A stretch of DNA of 64,000 bases, taken from IMG/VR virus record IMGVR_UViG_3300018432_000002, positions 1 through 64,000 of that record; one strand, written 5' to 3'. The notes beneath the pieces were generated by a model. That model was not told the DNA's origin, did no database searches, and saw only the letters and a program-made list of their open reading frames with translations. The position numbers and the translations under genes were made by a program. The stretch's first letter is position 1; the number at the start of each line of letters is the position of its first letter. Origin of the DNA: a virus. This document shows positions 43,101-51,494 of the stretch, in pieces.

Positions 43101-43458
43101 CCTCGGCGGGGTCGGCCGGTTCATTCAGGCCAACAAGGGGCCGATCGAGAAGGACCGGGTACTGCTCCGCCCGGCTGGTGCCGCGATCATGTCTGGCTTG
43201 ATCACCGGGATTGCGGACCGGAAATCCGCGCTGGCTGCGGAACTGAGCGACGTGACCTCGATCGTCGCAGGGACGAACCTGCCGGCGCTCGGCGCCGACA
43301 TGGACGCGTCGATCCGGTCCAGCCTGTCGGTGGCGGACAACAAGACGATCACCGCGGAGTGGAAGACCGGCAGCTCGGGAGACCCGGTGCTTGACTCGCT
43401 GCGGGACATGATCGGGTTCCGGTTCCGGGGAGACCCCGTCGCGGCGCTGTCGAGCTGA
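40195..43458 (+). CDS. tape measure protein
   Basis: 1087 aa, extended coiled-coil A/Q/E-rich segments, hydrophobic Gly/Ala-rich region, poly-Gly; canonical position. Confidence 0.9.
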   Translation: MTSPTSVGQVSVEVVAELRSLVKDIRKRVEEGLRNLDVGRRIRDSIGQDPISVPVEMDVDTSAINQQLRNLNGLRVPVEVEPETGSFAGRLRSQLARVTSQVRSAVTVDVDVDQNRSSSRLGSLLQGAVGAAGAVGGALTGAAGAAGSLLGALGPVVGVVGAIAAGLTLLPPLLAAAAGAAAAIPGAMAGIGAAVGTLALGFKGISEAFKPSAGGGGGGGGGAAGQAANQARQIASASRQVEAARRGIAAANRQYLASLRSVAAAERGLVAAQRAVGESQDTLIEAQQRAIRSQEAVNRARREAREDIEDLGRALRGAVISEAEAAQAVNDALFALNEAKLTGDLKAIARASNAYDRSVLSLEDAKDSVEDLTEESQEFAAKGVEGSDKVQGALEDQVSAWDAVKDAQQGVRDAQNGVIDATDSLISAQDGVKSALDGQKSATDGLIAAQESLAAAQQKVAAGSGGVAKEVIKLAPAAQRFVNAIKALKPAFENLRLDVQQRLFEGLDKTVTRVGEAWIPRLRETLGSYADTFNGFFKNLGKSITTPKFMDDIQAGAEGFRQLLDKLGASITTSLVPAFGALSKAAGPFLSKLGDELAGIVTEFSNWVLQGEKTGGLESFFDKAAKAMHDIFDIGRSVGSIIASLFEIITGDNTNTGKTPLESFKQALDKVAVWLKDPDNQQRIRQLIDDVKEAGQQFLEFANTVRRAFDRVQEAFFRLQTFIYQLSDIFGLSGSAGGEVGKAISGAVTGNDGGSLVEQFREGGRNIIDGLIEGIEERLGQFSIAGLLWEGPDSLLGRIRAGFGIASPSTVMAEVGRNLIDGLVLGIGEKFGQLVDKVREIPDRVRGALSGAGTWLQQHGQSAINGLSSGVSSRMADLRSRAGQARTTVQNALSNAGTWLSTHGRNAIIGLANGMTSWFGNLRAYAGNARVTVQNALANAGSWLVNHGRAVISGLMQGISSMFNTLGSFLGGVGRFIQANKGPIEKDRVLLRPAGAAIMSGLITGIADRKSALAAELSDVTSIVAGTNLPALGADMDASIRSSLSVADNKTITAEWKTGSSGDPVLDSLRDMIGFRFRGDPVAALSS

Positions 43459-43469
43459 AAGGCGGACTG

Positions 43470-43643
43470 ATGTCGATCGTCCACGTTCTCCCGGTCAACG
43501 ACCTCATCGAGCATGAGGACGAAGGCGAAGACTGCCCGTGCGGGGTCCGTACCGAGCCGGTCAAGGACGAGGAGACCGGGGCGGTCGGCTGGCTGGTCGT
43601 GCACAGTTCGCTCGACGGCCGGGAGCGATTCGAGAAGGCGTAG
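43470..43643 (+). CDS. small conserved-looking protein (57 aa; HVLPVNDLIEH...CPCG...VVHSSLDGRE)
   Basis: ATG 43470 lies 11 nt after the TMP stop; high GC3; below the ORF-track cutoff. Confidence 0.5.
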   Translation: MSIVHVLPVNDLIEHEDEGEDCPCGVRTEPVKDEETGAVGWLVVHSSLDGRERFEKA

Positions 43644-43644
43644 A

Positions 43645-43682
43645 GCAGGGCGGGTGCGGCCTCGCGGCGACACCCGCCCTGC
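43645..43682. terminator. bidirectional terminator hairpin between convergent genes
   Basis: GCAGGGCGGGTG pairs with CACCCGCCCTGC, 12-bp perfect stem. Confidence 0.6.
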
Positions 43683-43701
43683 AGCCACCGGAAGTCGACT
43701 C

Positions 43702-44043
43702 CTACTGGCCAAGCCAAGACGGCTCGGTCAGGTCGACTACAAGCGGGTTCCCATCAAACGGATCGCGGGTCTTGCGGGACGGCGGCGGGGTTTCCTGCCG
43801 CAGTCGATCAACCCGATCCGCAGCCTCAAGCCGCATGAGCTCCTCCACCTCGTCGAGAAACGACCAGTCGGCGGACTTCACGGCGCGCCCGTCGGCAAAC
43901 TGGATACCGAGCGGTACGCCCTGACTGTCGTCGCGGAGACAGACAGCGAACCGGGCCGCCTCCTCCTCGGTGGCACACAGTTCGTATTCGATGTTGTAGT
44001 AGCGCATGTACCAGACAGCGCAGGTGTACGACGGGTCGGTCAT
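43702..44043 (-). CDS. hypothetical protein (reverse-strand cassette gene 2)
   Basis: GAGGAGAA RBS; 113 aa; more A/T-rich than its flanks. Confidence 0.6.
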   Translation of the reverse strand: MTDPSYTCAVWYMRYYNIEYELCATEEEAARFAVCLRDDSQGVPLGIQFADGRAVKSADWSFLDEVEELMRLEAADRVDRLRQETPPPSRKTRDPFDGNPLVVDLTEPSWLGQ

Positions 44044-44079
44044 TCGCTTCTCCTCGGTGCATCTTTGAGCTTCAACTAC

Positions 44080-44763
44080 TCATCGGTATGCCTTGCCGTT
44101 GTAGTACGGCAGAGGTTGAGCGGATCGAAGCAACAGGTCTTCCGCCACGTAGGCCGCCTCGCGATCGACGTGCGGTTCGGCCATCCAGGATTCGAAGATC
44201 TTCCCGTCGTCCTTGTGCCACTTCAGCCGATCACGCAGGTTGCCGCTGCTTCCGATATAGCAGCAAGCCCCAGATCCGTCATAGAGGTAGTAGACAACGG
44301 CTTGGCGGGCGGCGGGGAGTGACAGGCCAGAGTAAAGCGGCCAAGGCCCGCGCCACCTCCCGTCCGAGTCGGGCTCGTTGTACATCTGCCCGATCACAAG
44401 ACTCGACTTGAACGAAACGGTCTCATCCCAGCGAGCGCTGTGCCCTGGACGGGCAAGTGGTCGGTATCCCTCGTAGATCTGACGAAGGTCGCGCTGGGTG
44501 AACCTGCCCGACCGGTACCCGGCTTCCACGTCTTTCAGGAAGCGGCGCTCAGCGTGATCGAGAAGACGCTCCGCCTCGGCTAAATCGTTGACCATGCGCT
44601 CAGGGTCGAGACCCATCGGCGCAAGTCGTGCAATAGCCGCCTCGGCGGGAAGAACAACCAGCGCGGGCGGGCGCCGAGGATCCGGGGGCTCCTGCACGGT
44701 GTGCTTGGGCTCAAAGCCAGGTGCGCAGACTGTTTGCCGAAACTCGGCGATAGCATTACCCAT
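44080..44763 (-). CDS. protein with C-terminal GIY-YIG nuclease domain (reverse-strand cassette gene 1)
   Basis: VVYYLYDGSGACCYIGSSGNLRDRLKWH...REAAYVAEDLLL...YYN; GGAGGG RBS. Confidence 0.7.
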   Translation of the reverse strand: MGNAIAEFRQTVCAPGFEPKHTVQEPPDPRRPPALVVLPAEAAIARLAPMGLDPERMVNDLAEAERLLDHAERRFLKDVEAGYRSGRFTQRDLRQIYEGYRPLARPGHSARWDETVSFKSSLVIGQMYNEPDSDGRWRGPWPLYSGLSLPAARQAVVYYLYDGSGACCYIGSSGNLRDRLKWHKDDGKIFESWMAEPHVDREAAYVAEDLLLRSAQPLPYYNGKAYR

Positions 44764-44909
44764 TGGGTCGCCCTCCGTTGGCGATCAAGAGCCCGGCACG
44801 GCGGTGTAGGAGTCGCCATGTCGGGCTCGTTTCTGCTCTCTATTGTCTCATTCCTGAATGATCAATAGAGCTGCGGATTGCCTCCCGAACTAGTGAAAGG
44901 GAGGCGGCA

Positions 44910-46721
44910 ATGGCGCGTTCTTCATACGGCGGCGGCGCCGACGATGTGATCGTCTCCGAAGTCACCATCTCCGGCCAGCAAGTCGCCGGACTCCCCGCAG
45001 CACAAACCTTCCAAGTCTGGAACCTCGCGAACACCGTCCAGCTCACCGGCATTGTCGACGGCGTCGGTTCGGCCCTCCCGTCGAACCTGGTCACCTCCAC
45101 CACGCTCGGGCAGATCCCCGTCTTCCAAGGCCCCGACGGGTTCATCGGCTCCCTACGCCTGAAACACGTCGGCACGGGCGTGTCCTGGATTCTCGACCCC
45201 CACGACAACGGCATCAGCGCCTCCGGCATGGTCAACGTCCGGGCGTTCGGTGCCCGCGGTGACGGCACCACCGACGACGCGGCAGCGATCAACGCCGCCA
45301 TCACCTACGCGGCAGCGTTGGGCGCATCCGGGACCGGCTCGGCAGGCCAGAGCCTGACCGGCGGGACCGTGTTCTTCCCGGCCGGCGTGTACCTGCACTC
45401 GCAGACCATCGCCCTGAAGTCGCAGGTCCGGCTGATGGGCGCGTCCCGCGAAGCCGTCACACTGCGCCGCACCGCCAACGTCGTGTCGTTGGGTATCTAC
45501 GGCACCGGCTCGGCTGATGTGAACCGCAACTGGTACGCGTCGGTGGAGCACCTGACGATCGACGGCGACGGCGAAACCGCGACCGGCGTCGACATGGTGT
45601 ACGCCTCCCAGGTCGTGTTCAACTCGGTGTTCATCTTCAACGTGTCCGGCATTGGCATGGACCTCGTCGAAGTCTGGGACTCCCAGTTCTACAGCCTGTG
45701 GATGCAGTACTGCTCCGGTATCGGCGTCACCGAACAACCAGCCCTGTACGTCCGCTCCAAGCGGGCCAGTTCCGGGTTCGGCTCATCGGTCGACAGCTCG
45801 AATGAAATCGTCTTCACGGGCTTGCACATCGAGCATTTCCGGGCGGGCGCGGTCCGGATCGGGCCGGGTTTCGCGGGGTACAGCAACGGCCCGAACGGCA
45901 TCTACATCCAGAAGCTGAAGACCGAGTCGCCGTTCATCTCCTTCGGCGAACCCGTCGTGATGATCGAAGCGAACACGGAACGGATCCACCTTGAACGGCA
46001 TTACGCGTTCTGCGCGGACCTGTCCGACGGCGGGCCGGTCACGGTCATCCAGAACAACAGCTTGGGCATGACGAGCCTGCGGGACATTTTCGTCGCCAAC
46101 GCCGGCGTGGACACCATCTCGACGGCGGTCACCCTGTCCTGCGATGACGGGTATCCGATCGTCGACGGGGTGTACGGCAACTACGGCACCGCCCCGTCGA
46201 CTGCGCATGTGCAGGTCGATTCCCTGTTCGCGGGCTCGATCACGAACCTGCGCACCAACCTGGGCACGCTGATCGCCAACCATGAGCAGGCGTCACACTC
46301 CCGCGGTAAAGCGCTGACGTCGGACTTGACGACCACGTCGACGACGACGGCGAACATCACCGGTCTAACGTTCAACGACGTCCCACCGGGCACCTACCGG
46401 GTGTCCTTGGAGGGCCTGTTCCAGTCGTCGTCGACCACGAACGGACCGCGGTTCGGGGTGGGCGGTAGCGCGACGACCACGGTCAACTCGGGTTTCGTGA
46501 CCATGTGGACGTCCCCGACCGCATCCACCACCACGGCGATGACCGCCTGGAACACGGCGGTGGGTACAAGCCCGGCTGCGACCGCGACCAGCTACCGCGT
46601 TGACCTTGTATTCGTCATGACGGTCACCGCGATCGGCACGGCCGGGATCCGCTGGAACGTCAACGCGTCGGCCACCGGCACCCTGAAAGCCGGGGCGGTC
46701 GCCACCCTCACCCGCCTCTAA
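44910..46721 (+). CDS. tailspike / depolymerase with pectate-lyase-like right-handed beta-helix
   Basis: VNVRAFGARGDGTTDDAAAINAAI...GGTVFFPAGVY signature of the Pectate_lyase_3-type domain; GGGAGG RBS. Confidence 0.75.
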   Translation: MARSSYGGGADDVIVSEVTISGQQVAGLPAAQTFQVWNLANTVQLTGIVDGVGSALPSNLVTSTTLGQIPVFQGPDGFIGSLRLKHVGTGVSWILDPHDNGISASGMVNVRAFGARGDGTTDDAAAINAAITYAAALGASGTGSAGQSLTGGTVFFPAGVYLHSQTIALKSQVRLMGASREAVTLRRTANVVSLGIYGTGSADVNRNWYASVEHLTIDGDGETATGVDMVYASQVVFNSVFIFNVSGIGMDLVEVWDSQFYSLWMQYCSGIGVTEQPALYVRSKRASSGFGSSVDSSNEIVFTGLHIEHFRAGAVRIGPGFAGYSNGPNGIYIQKLKTESPFISFGEPVVMIEANTERIHLERHYAFCADLSDGGPVTVIQNNSLGMTSLRDIFVANAGVDTISTAVTLSCDDGYPIVDGVYGNYGTAPSTAHVQVDSLFAGSITNLRTNLGTLIANHEQASHSRGKALTSDLTTTSTTTANITGLTFNDVPPGTYRVSLEGLFQSSSTTNGPRFGVGGSATTTVNSGFVTMWTSPTASTTTAMTAWNTAVGTSPAATATSYRVDLVFVMTVTAIGTAGIRWNVNASATGTLKAGAVATLTRL

Positions 46722-46764
46722 CTCACCGCCCTGAGCTCGCTCCTACGAGTCGCGGGGGTGGACT

Positions 46765-49635
46765 GTGCCGATCCTCATCCCAGGCCTCCTGTCGAGCACA
46801 CCGGGGGTGGACATGCCGTCTTTCGTCGACGGCGGCGACCTCGAAATGACGTTGGAGCTGGCGTTCGGCGCCGACCTCAACGCGTCCCCCGCCAGCTGGG
46901 ATTTCGTCGACTTCTCCGACCGCATCACCACCGTCTCCCCCATCCAGATTTCCCGTGGTGTGACCGTCGGGGCGGGCACCCGCAAAACCGCCTCCTGCAC
47001 CGGGTTGACGCTGCTCAACGACGACGGCGCTTTGACGCCGGAACTGGTCACCTCCCCGTACTGGCCGTACGTCGACCTCGGGGTGCCCGCCCGGCTGTCC
47101 ATCCGCACCGACGCCAGCGTGTGGCTGTCCGACACGTTCACCCGGACTGTCGCCTCCGGCTGGGGCACCGCCGACGTCGGCGGTGCGTGGGCGGGAATCA
47201 CCGGCACATCCGTGTCCGCCGGCGCCGGAAAGCTGGCGTTCTCGGCAACCAACCAGATCCGGCTGATGCGCGCCGGTATCCCGCACCGCGACGTCGACCT
47301 GACGTTTGATTCGTCGGTTGCGGCTGTGACGACGGGCGCCCCGATCACCGTCGGCCCGGCCCTGCGATCCAGCATGACCATGAGCGACTTCGTGTGGCCG
47401 ATGGTCGAATTCGATCCGGCCGGCACCATCCGGATCGGCCTGTGGCGGCGAACCGGCGGCACCTACTCGCAGATCACCTCCATCGTCCAGCCCGGCCTCA
47501 CCTACACCGGCGGCACCGCCATCCGCTGCCGGATCCTGCACGTCGGCAACCGGCTGCGGGCGAAAGCATGGCTAGCGGCGGGCACCGAGCCCGACAACTG
47601 GCTGTTCGACCTGGTCGTGGACACGCACACCACCGGCACCGACTATCTCGGGGTGGCGTCGTGGTGCCTGCCCGGCAACACCAACGTCACACCCGTCGTG
47701 TCCGTCGACAATGTGACGGCGCAGCAGCCCCGCTACCCACGCATCGAAGGATTCATCGCCGACATCCGGGCGACGTTCCGGCCGATCGGTGACGGCACCA
47801 CCCACAGCCTTGTACAGCTCGACATCGGCGGGGTGTCGACCCGCCTGGAACGGCGCACCGCCGACGCGATTTCACCACTGCGGCGGTCGATGGAGAAAGC
47901 ACCGATCCCGCCGATCGCCTACTGGCCACTCGAAGACAAAGCGCAGTCCACGTCGGCCGCCTCGGCGTTCCCGGATCAGCCGCCGATGGTGCCCACCGGC
48001 CCCGTCGGATTCGCCTTCGACCTTGGCGTGCCCGACGACACCATCATCAGCCAGTTCGGATCCAGCGCCCTCGTCTCCCTCGCGGCCGGTGCCCGCCTGT
48101 CCGGGCCGGTACCGCTGTCCGCGACCGGCGAATGGACAGTGTCTGCGGAACTGCAAACCCTCGCCCCACTGGCGGGCGGCGGCATCACCGAAATCCGCAC
48201 CATGGAATGGTCAACCCCGTCCGGCACCCACCAGCGCTGGGCTTTGGTCAACACGGCTACGGGTTTCCAGGTGCGCGCCTACAACGACACCACCGCCACG
48301 GTCACCAACGTCGTCACCTACGGAACCCTGTTTTCCAGCCTGGTCAACTATTCGGTGACGGCGGAACAAAACGGCGCCAACATCGACGTCGTCCTGTACG
48401 GCAATGCCTCCTCCCTCGCCGTCGGGTCGGTGGCGGGCACCCTCGGCGCGGTAGGCCGGCTGAACCTGAACCCGGACCAGAAGAACACCACCGCGTCGGT
48501 GGACCCGTTCGGTATCCGCTTCCTGGCCGGGCATGCCACCGTCCACGACCAGGTCGCCACCGCCCTGCCGTTCTACTACGACGGGTTGCTCGCGGTCCGC
48601 GCGGACCGGGGGTGGGCGTACGAGCGGCTGCACATGCGGGCGGCGCGGCTGGCCGATGAGGAGAATGTGCCGCTCCGGTGGGTCGGTGACGTCGAGCAGG
48701 TGACGTCGTTGAATGCCCAGCCGGAGGGTGCGTTCATCGATTTGATGACGGCCACCGTCGACTCCGGCAGCGGATCGTTGCTGTGGGAGGCGGAGTTCGG
48801 GTACCTGTACCGGGACCGCACCGACCGGTACAACCAAGACCCGGCGTTGGTTGTCGACTTGGGGGCGTTCGCCCATTCCGGGTCAGTGGATCCAGCGGAC
48901 GTGCTCGTCCCGAAGTTGAATGTCGGCAGCCCCAACTTCTGGACGGTAGAACGCCGCAACGGGTCTGCCTCGACTGCCGCCGCGGCCAAGGAGTTCCGGG
49001 ACCGCAGAGGGACCGTCGCCGACAAAGCCACCCTGGACGTGCTGTACGACGCCGACACCGGCCCGCACGCCCAATGGCGGGTCCACACCTCCGTTGACGG
49101 TAAAGGCGCCCACTACCCCGCCTTTACCGTCGAACTGCACGCCAATCCGGATCTGATCGACGACTGGCTGCTGTGCGACATCGGCTCCCGCGCCCAATGG
49201 CCGAACGCACCCACCATCGCCGGGCTGTCCACGATCGACCAGATCGTTGACGGGATCACCGAACGGTTCAGCGCCCGGCAGTCGGGTGACGGCATCACCT
49301 GGACCGCAGGCTTGGACACGTCGCCCGCTTCGGTGTGGGACGTAGGGGTGTGGGACGGCGACTCGGTGTGGGAGCCCTCCAACACCGTCCTGTCGTCGGG
49401 TGTGATCAGCTCCGCGACGTCGTGGTCGATGAACTCCAACGGCGAACCCTGGACCACCGGCGCGGTGAGCCTGCGGGCGCAGCTCGGCAAAGAAGAAGTC
49501 CTCATCACCAACATCTCCGGCTCCGGGTCGGCGTGGACGTTCACCGTCACCCGGGCCGTCAACGGCGTCTCGACCGCACACACGGCGGGCGCCGACAAGG
49601 TGACCCTGCTCGACGCCGGCGCCTGGGCGCTATGA
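46765..49635 (+). CDS. minor tail protein (Dit-like N-terminus fused to a large distal domain)
   Basis: N-terminal ...WDFVDFSDRITTVSPIQISRG...LTLLNDDGALTP... resembles a siphovirus distal tail protein. Start is GTG 46765 or ATG 46810. Confidence 0.7.
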   Translation: MPILIPGLLSSTPGVDMPSFVDGGDLEMTLELAFGADLNASPASWDFVDFSDRITTVSPIQISRGVTVGAGTRKTASCTGLTLLNDDGALTPELVTSPYWPYVDLGVPARLSIRTDASVWLSDTFTRTVASGWGTADVGGAWAGITGTSVSAGAGKLAFSATNQIRLMRAGIPHRDVDLTFDSSVAAVTTGAPITVGPALRSSMTMSDFVWPMVEFDPAGTIRIGLWRRTGGTYSQITSIVQPGLTYTGGTAIRCRILHVGNRLRAKAWLAAGTEPDNWLFDLVVDTHTTGTDYLGVASWCLPGNTNVTPVVSVDNVTAQQPRYPRIEGFIADIRATFRPIGDGTTHSLVQLDIGGVSTRLERRTADAISPLRRSMEKAPIPPIAYWPLEDKAQSTSAASAFPDQPPMVPTGPVGFAFDLGVPDDTIISQFGSSALVSLAAGARLSGPVPLSATGEWTVSAELQTLAPLAGGGITEIRTMEWSTPSGTHQRWALVNTATGFQVRAYNDTTATVTNVVTYGTLFSSLVNYSVTAEQNGANIDVVLYGNASSLAVGSVAGTLGAVGRLNLNPDQKNTTASVDPFGIRFLAGHATVHDQVATALPFYYDGLLAVRADRGWAYERLHMRAARLADEENVPLRWVGDVEQVTSLNAQPEGAFIDLMTATVDSGSGSLLWEAEFGYLYRDRTDRYNQDPALVVDLGAFAHSGSVDPADVLVPKLNVGSPNFWTVERRNGSASTAAAAKEFRDRRGTVADKATLDVLYDADTGPHAQWRVHTSVDGKGAHYPAFTVELHANPDLIDDWLLCDIGSRAQWPNAPTIAGLSTIDQIVDGITERFSARQSGDGITWTAGLDTSPASVWDVGVWDGDSVWEPSNTVLSSGVISSATSWSMNSNGEPWTTGAVSLRAQLGKEEVLITNISGSGSAWTFTVTRAVNGVSTAHTAGADKVTLLDAGAWAL

Positions 49636-49648
49636 ACGGAGGTATCCG

Positions 49649-50167
49649 GTGACGGCACCTGTGGCCGGCGGGAAGACGTTCCTCGCCAACCTGATGTCGG
49701 TGATCGCCGGGACGACGGCGAAACCGCTCGTCCGGTTGAAACAGTCGGCGGCGCAGACCGGCATCGCCAACAACACGGCGACGACCATCCTGTTCGACAC
49801 CGAAGACTTCGACACCCACGGCTACCACTCCACGTCGAGCAATACGGGCCGGATCACCCCGTTGAAGGCCGGCTACTACCGGGTGGCGGGCACCGTGATC
49901 TGGCAGAACCGCACGGACTGGCAACTGCTGTATTGCTTCCTGCGGTTGAACGGGTCGACGCAGATCCCGCCCGGCGGCCGTAATCCGGGTACGACCCAGT
50001 CGTTCGCGCATGCCGTGTCCTGCACCGCACTGATCGCGTTCAACGGCACCACCGACTACGTCGAACTGATGGGCCAGGCGGCCATCCTCGCCGGTGGCAC
50101 CCATTCGACGGTGGTGGGTGGCGCCCAGAACTCGGTCCTCGAACTCGAGTTTGTCCGCGACCTCTGA
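49649..50167 (+). CDS. minor tail / receptor-binding candidate (jelly-roll-like)
   Basis: Position; 172 aa, beta-rich. Confidence 0.5.
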   Translation: MTAPVAGGKTFLANLMSVIAGTTAKPLVRLKQSAAQTGIANNTATTILFDTEDFDTHGYHSTSSNTGRITPLKAGYYRVAGTVIWQNRTDWQLLYCFLRLNGSTQIPPGGRNPGTTQSFAHAVSCTALIAFNGTTDYVELMGQAAILAGGTHSTVVGGAQNSVLELEFVRDL

Positions 50168-50299
50168 GTCGCCCCTGTTCGGGGTGTTCCGGGCGTGGTT
50201 CTCTTCGTGCCCCCACGATGCGCGCCGGCCCTGCGAAGTCACGGTCTTCGGGCCGTCCGGAACACCCTCTTCAACCCGCCTGATCGAAAGACCAAGGTC

Positions 50300-50434
50300 A
50301 TGAACGACGTCTTCAGTACGGACGGCTGGACCGTCATCGGCTGTCACGAGGCCCATCCGGGACAGAGCTGCTCCGAATATGAGGCGTGGCTTGACCGGAT
50401 TGAGAAGGAAGGCGAGGCCGACGATGCAGCTTGA
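50300..50434 (+). CDS. small hypothetical protein (44 aa)
   Basis: AAGG RBS before ATG 50300; within ORF 50195..50434. Confidence 0.35.
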   Translation: MNDVFSTDGWTVIGCHEAHPGQSCSEYEAWLDRIEKEGEADDAA

Positions 50435-50624
50435 CAGTGACGACCTGATCGCACGGTTCCGGCAGCAGTACCCGGTCGAGTTTGAATTGTGCCGCCTCTC
50501 CCTTCTGGCCGAGGTGCAGGCCGCCCGCATCCAGGAACTCGAGGCTCTCCTGCCGACCAGCTACTCGGCGTCCACGGCCCGCCCGTACGTGACCGCCCAC
50601 GAGCAGGACCACCGCCATGAGTGA
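50424..50624 (+). CDS. hypothetical protein
   Basis: ATG 50424 within ORF 50379..50624. Confidence 0.4.
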   Translation: MQLDSDDLIARFRQQYPVEFELCRLSLLAEVQAARIQELEALLPTSYSASTARPYVTAHEQDHRHE

Positions 50625-50937
50625 GGCTGTGACCGCCTGGTGCGAGGAGGGCCCGCTCAACGGCAAGCAGGTTACGGTCACCTCACCGGATGGGTTCATC
50701 GCCACCGACCGCGCCGCCGGCAAGGCGTGGATCTACAAGCGCAGCAGCTCAGACCGGTTCACGCTTTGCTTCGATCATGACAACTCGCTGGTCTACCCGC
50801 AGGGCGTGGACACCGGTGAGCGTCGCATCGACTGGGACCGGCTGCCGCTGGCCACCGACCCGATGAACGAGATCAAGCTGGGCGACAGTGCTGAAGCCCT
50901 GTCTGGGGATCCGGTCGACGACGGCTGGGGGCAATGA
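50617..50937 (+). CDS. hypothetical protein
   Basis: Overlapping-coupled 106-aa ORF. Confidence 0.5.
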   Translation: MSEAVTAWCEEGPLNGKQVTVTSPDGFIATDRAAGKAWIYKRSSSDRFTLCFDHDNSLVYPQGVDTGERRIDWDRLPLATDPMNEIKLGDSAEALSGDPVDDGWGQ

Positions 50938-51494
50938 CCATGCGCTACTTCTACGACTGCGAATTCCTCGAGGACGGCAAGACGATCGAGCTGATCTCGA
51001 TCGGCATTGTCGCTGAGGACGGCCGGGAGCTGTACCTGGTTAGCCGGGACGCCCCGTGGAAGCGGATCAAGAAGGACGAGTGGCTGATGGCCAACGTCGT
51101 GCCGAAGCTCCCGCAGCCGCATGGCGACCGGCGCAACCAGGTGCCGAAGAGCTGGCTGATCGACTTCCACGACCCGGCCGTCCGCGAGCGGGAAGCCATT
51201 GCCAACCGGGTGGCCGCCTTCCTGCTCGGCAACGACCTGGAGACCTACACCGACCTGGAGCTGTGGGCGGACTACGGCGCTTATGACCACGTCGTGCTCT
51301 GCCAACTCTTCGGGCCGATGGTCGCCCTGCCGTCCGGCATCCCGATGTTCACCCACGACTTCCAGCAGGCGCTGCGAGCGGCAGGCAATCCGCCGATCCC
51401 GGAGCAGGCCGCCGGGCAGCACAACGCGCTGGACGACGCACGGCACCTGCGCGCTTGCTTCAACGCTTTGCATGCGACGGCAAGCCATGGCTAG
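50934..51494 (+). CDS. DEDDh 3'-5' exonuclease (DnaQ-like/exoribonuclease-like)
   Basis: YDCEFLEDG (DxE), YGAYDHVVL (D), HNALDDAR (H-x4-D). Confidence 0.8.
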   Translation: MTMRYFYDCEFLEDGKTIELISIGIVAEDGRELYLVSRDAPWKRIKKDEWLMANVVPKLPQPHGDRRNQVPKSWLIDFHDPAVREREAIANRVAAFLLGNDLETYTDLELWADYGAYDHVVLCQLFGPMVALPSGIPMFTHDFQQALRAAGNPPIPEQAAGQHNALDDARHLRACFNALHATASHG

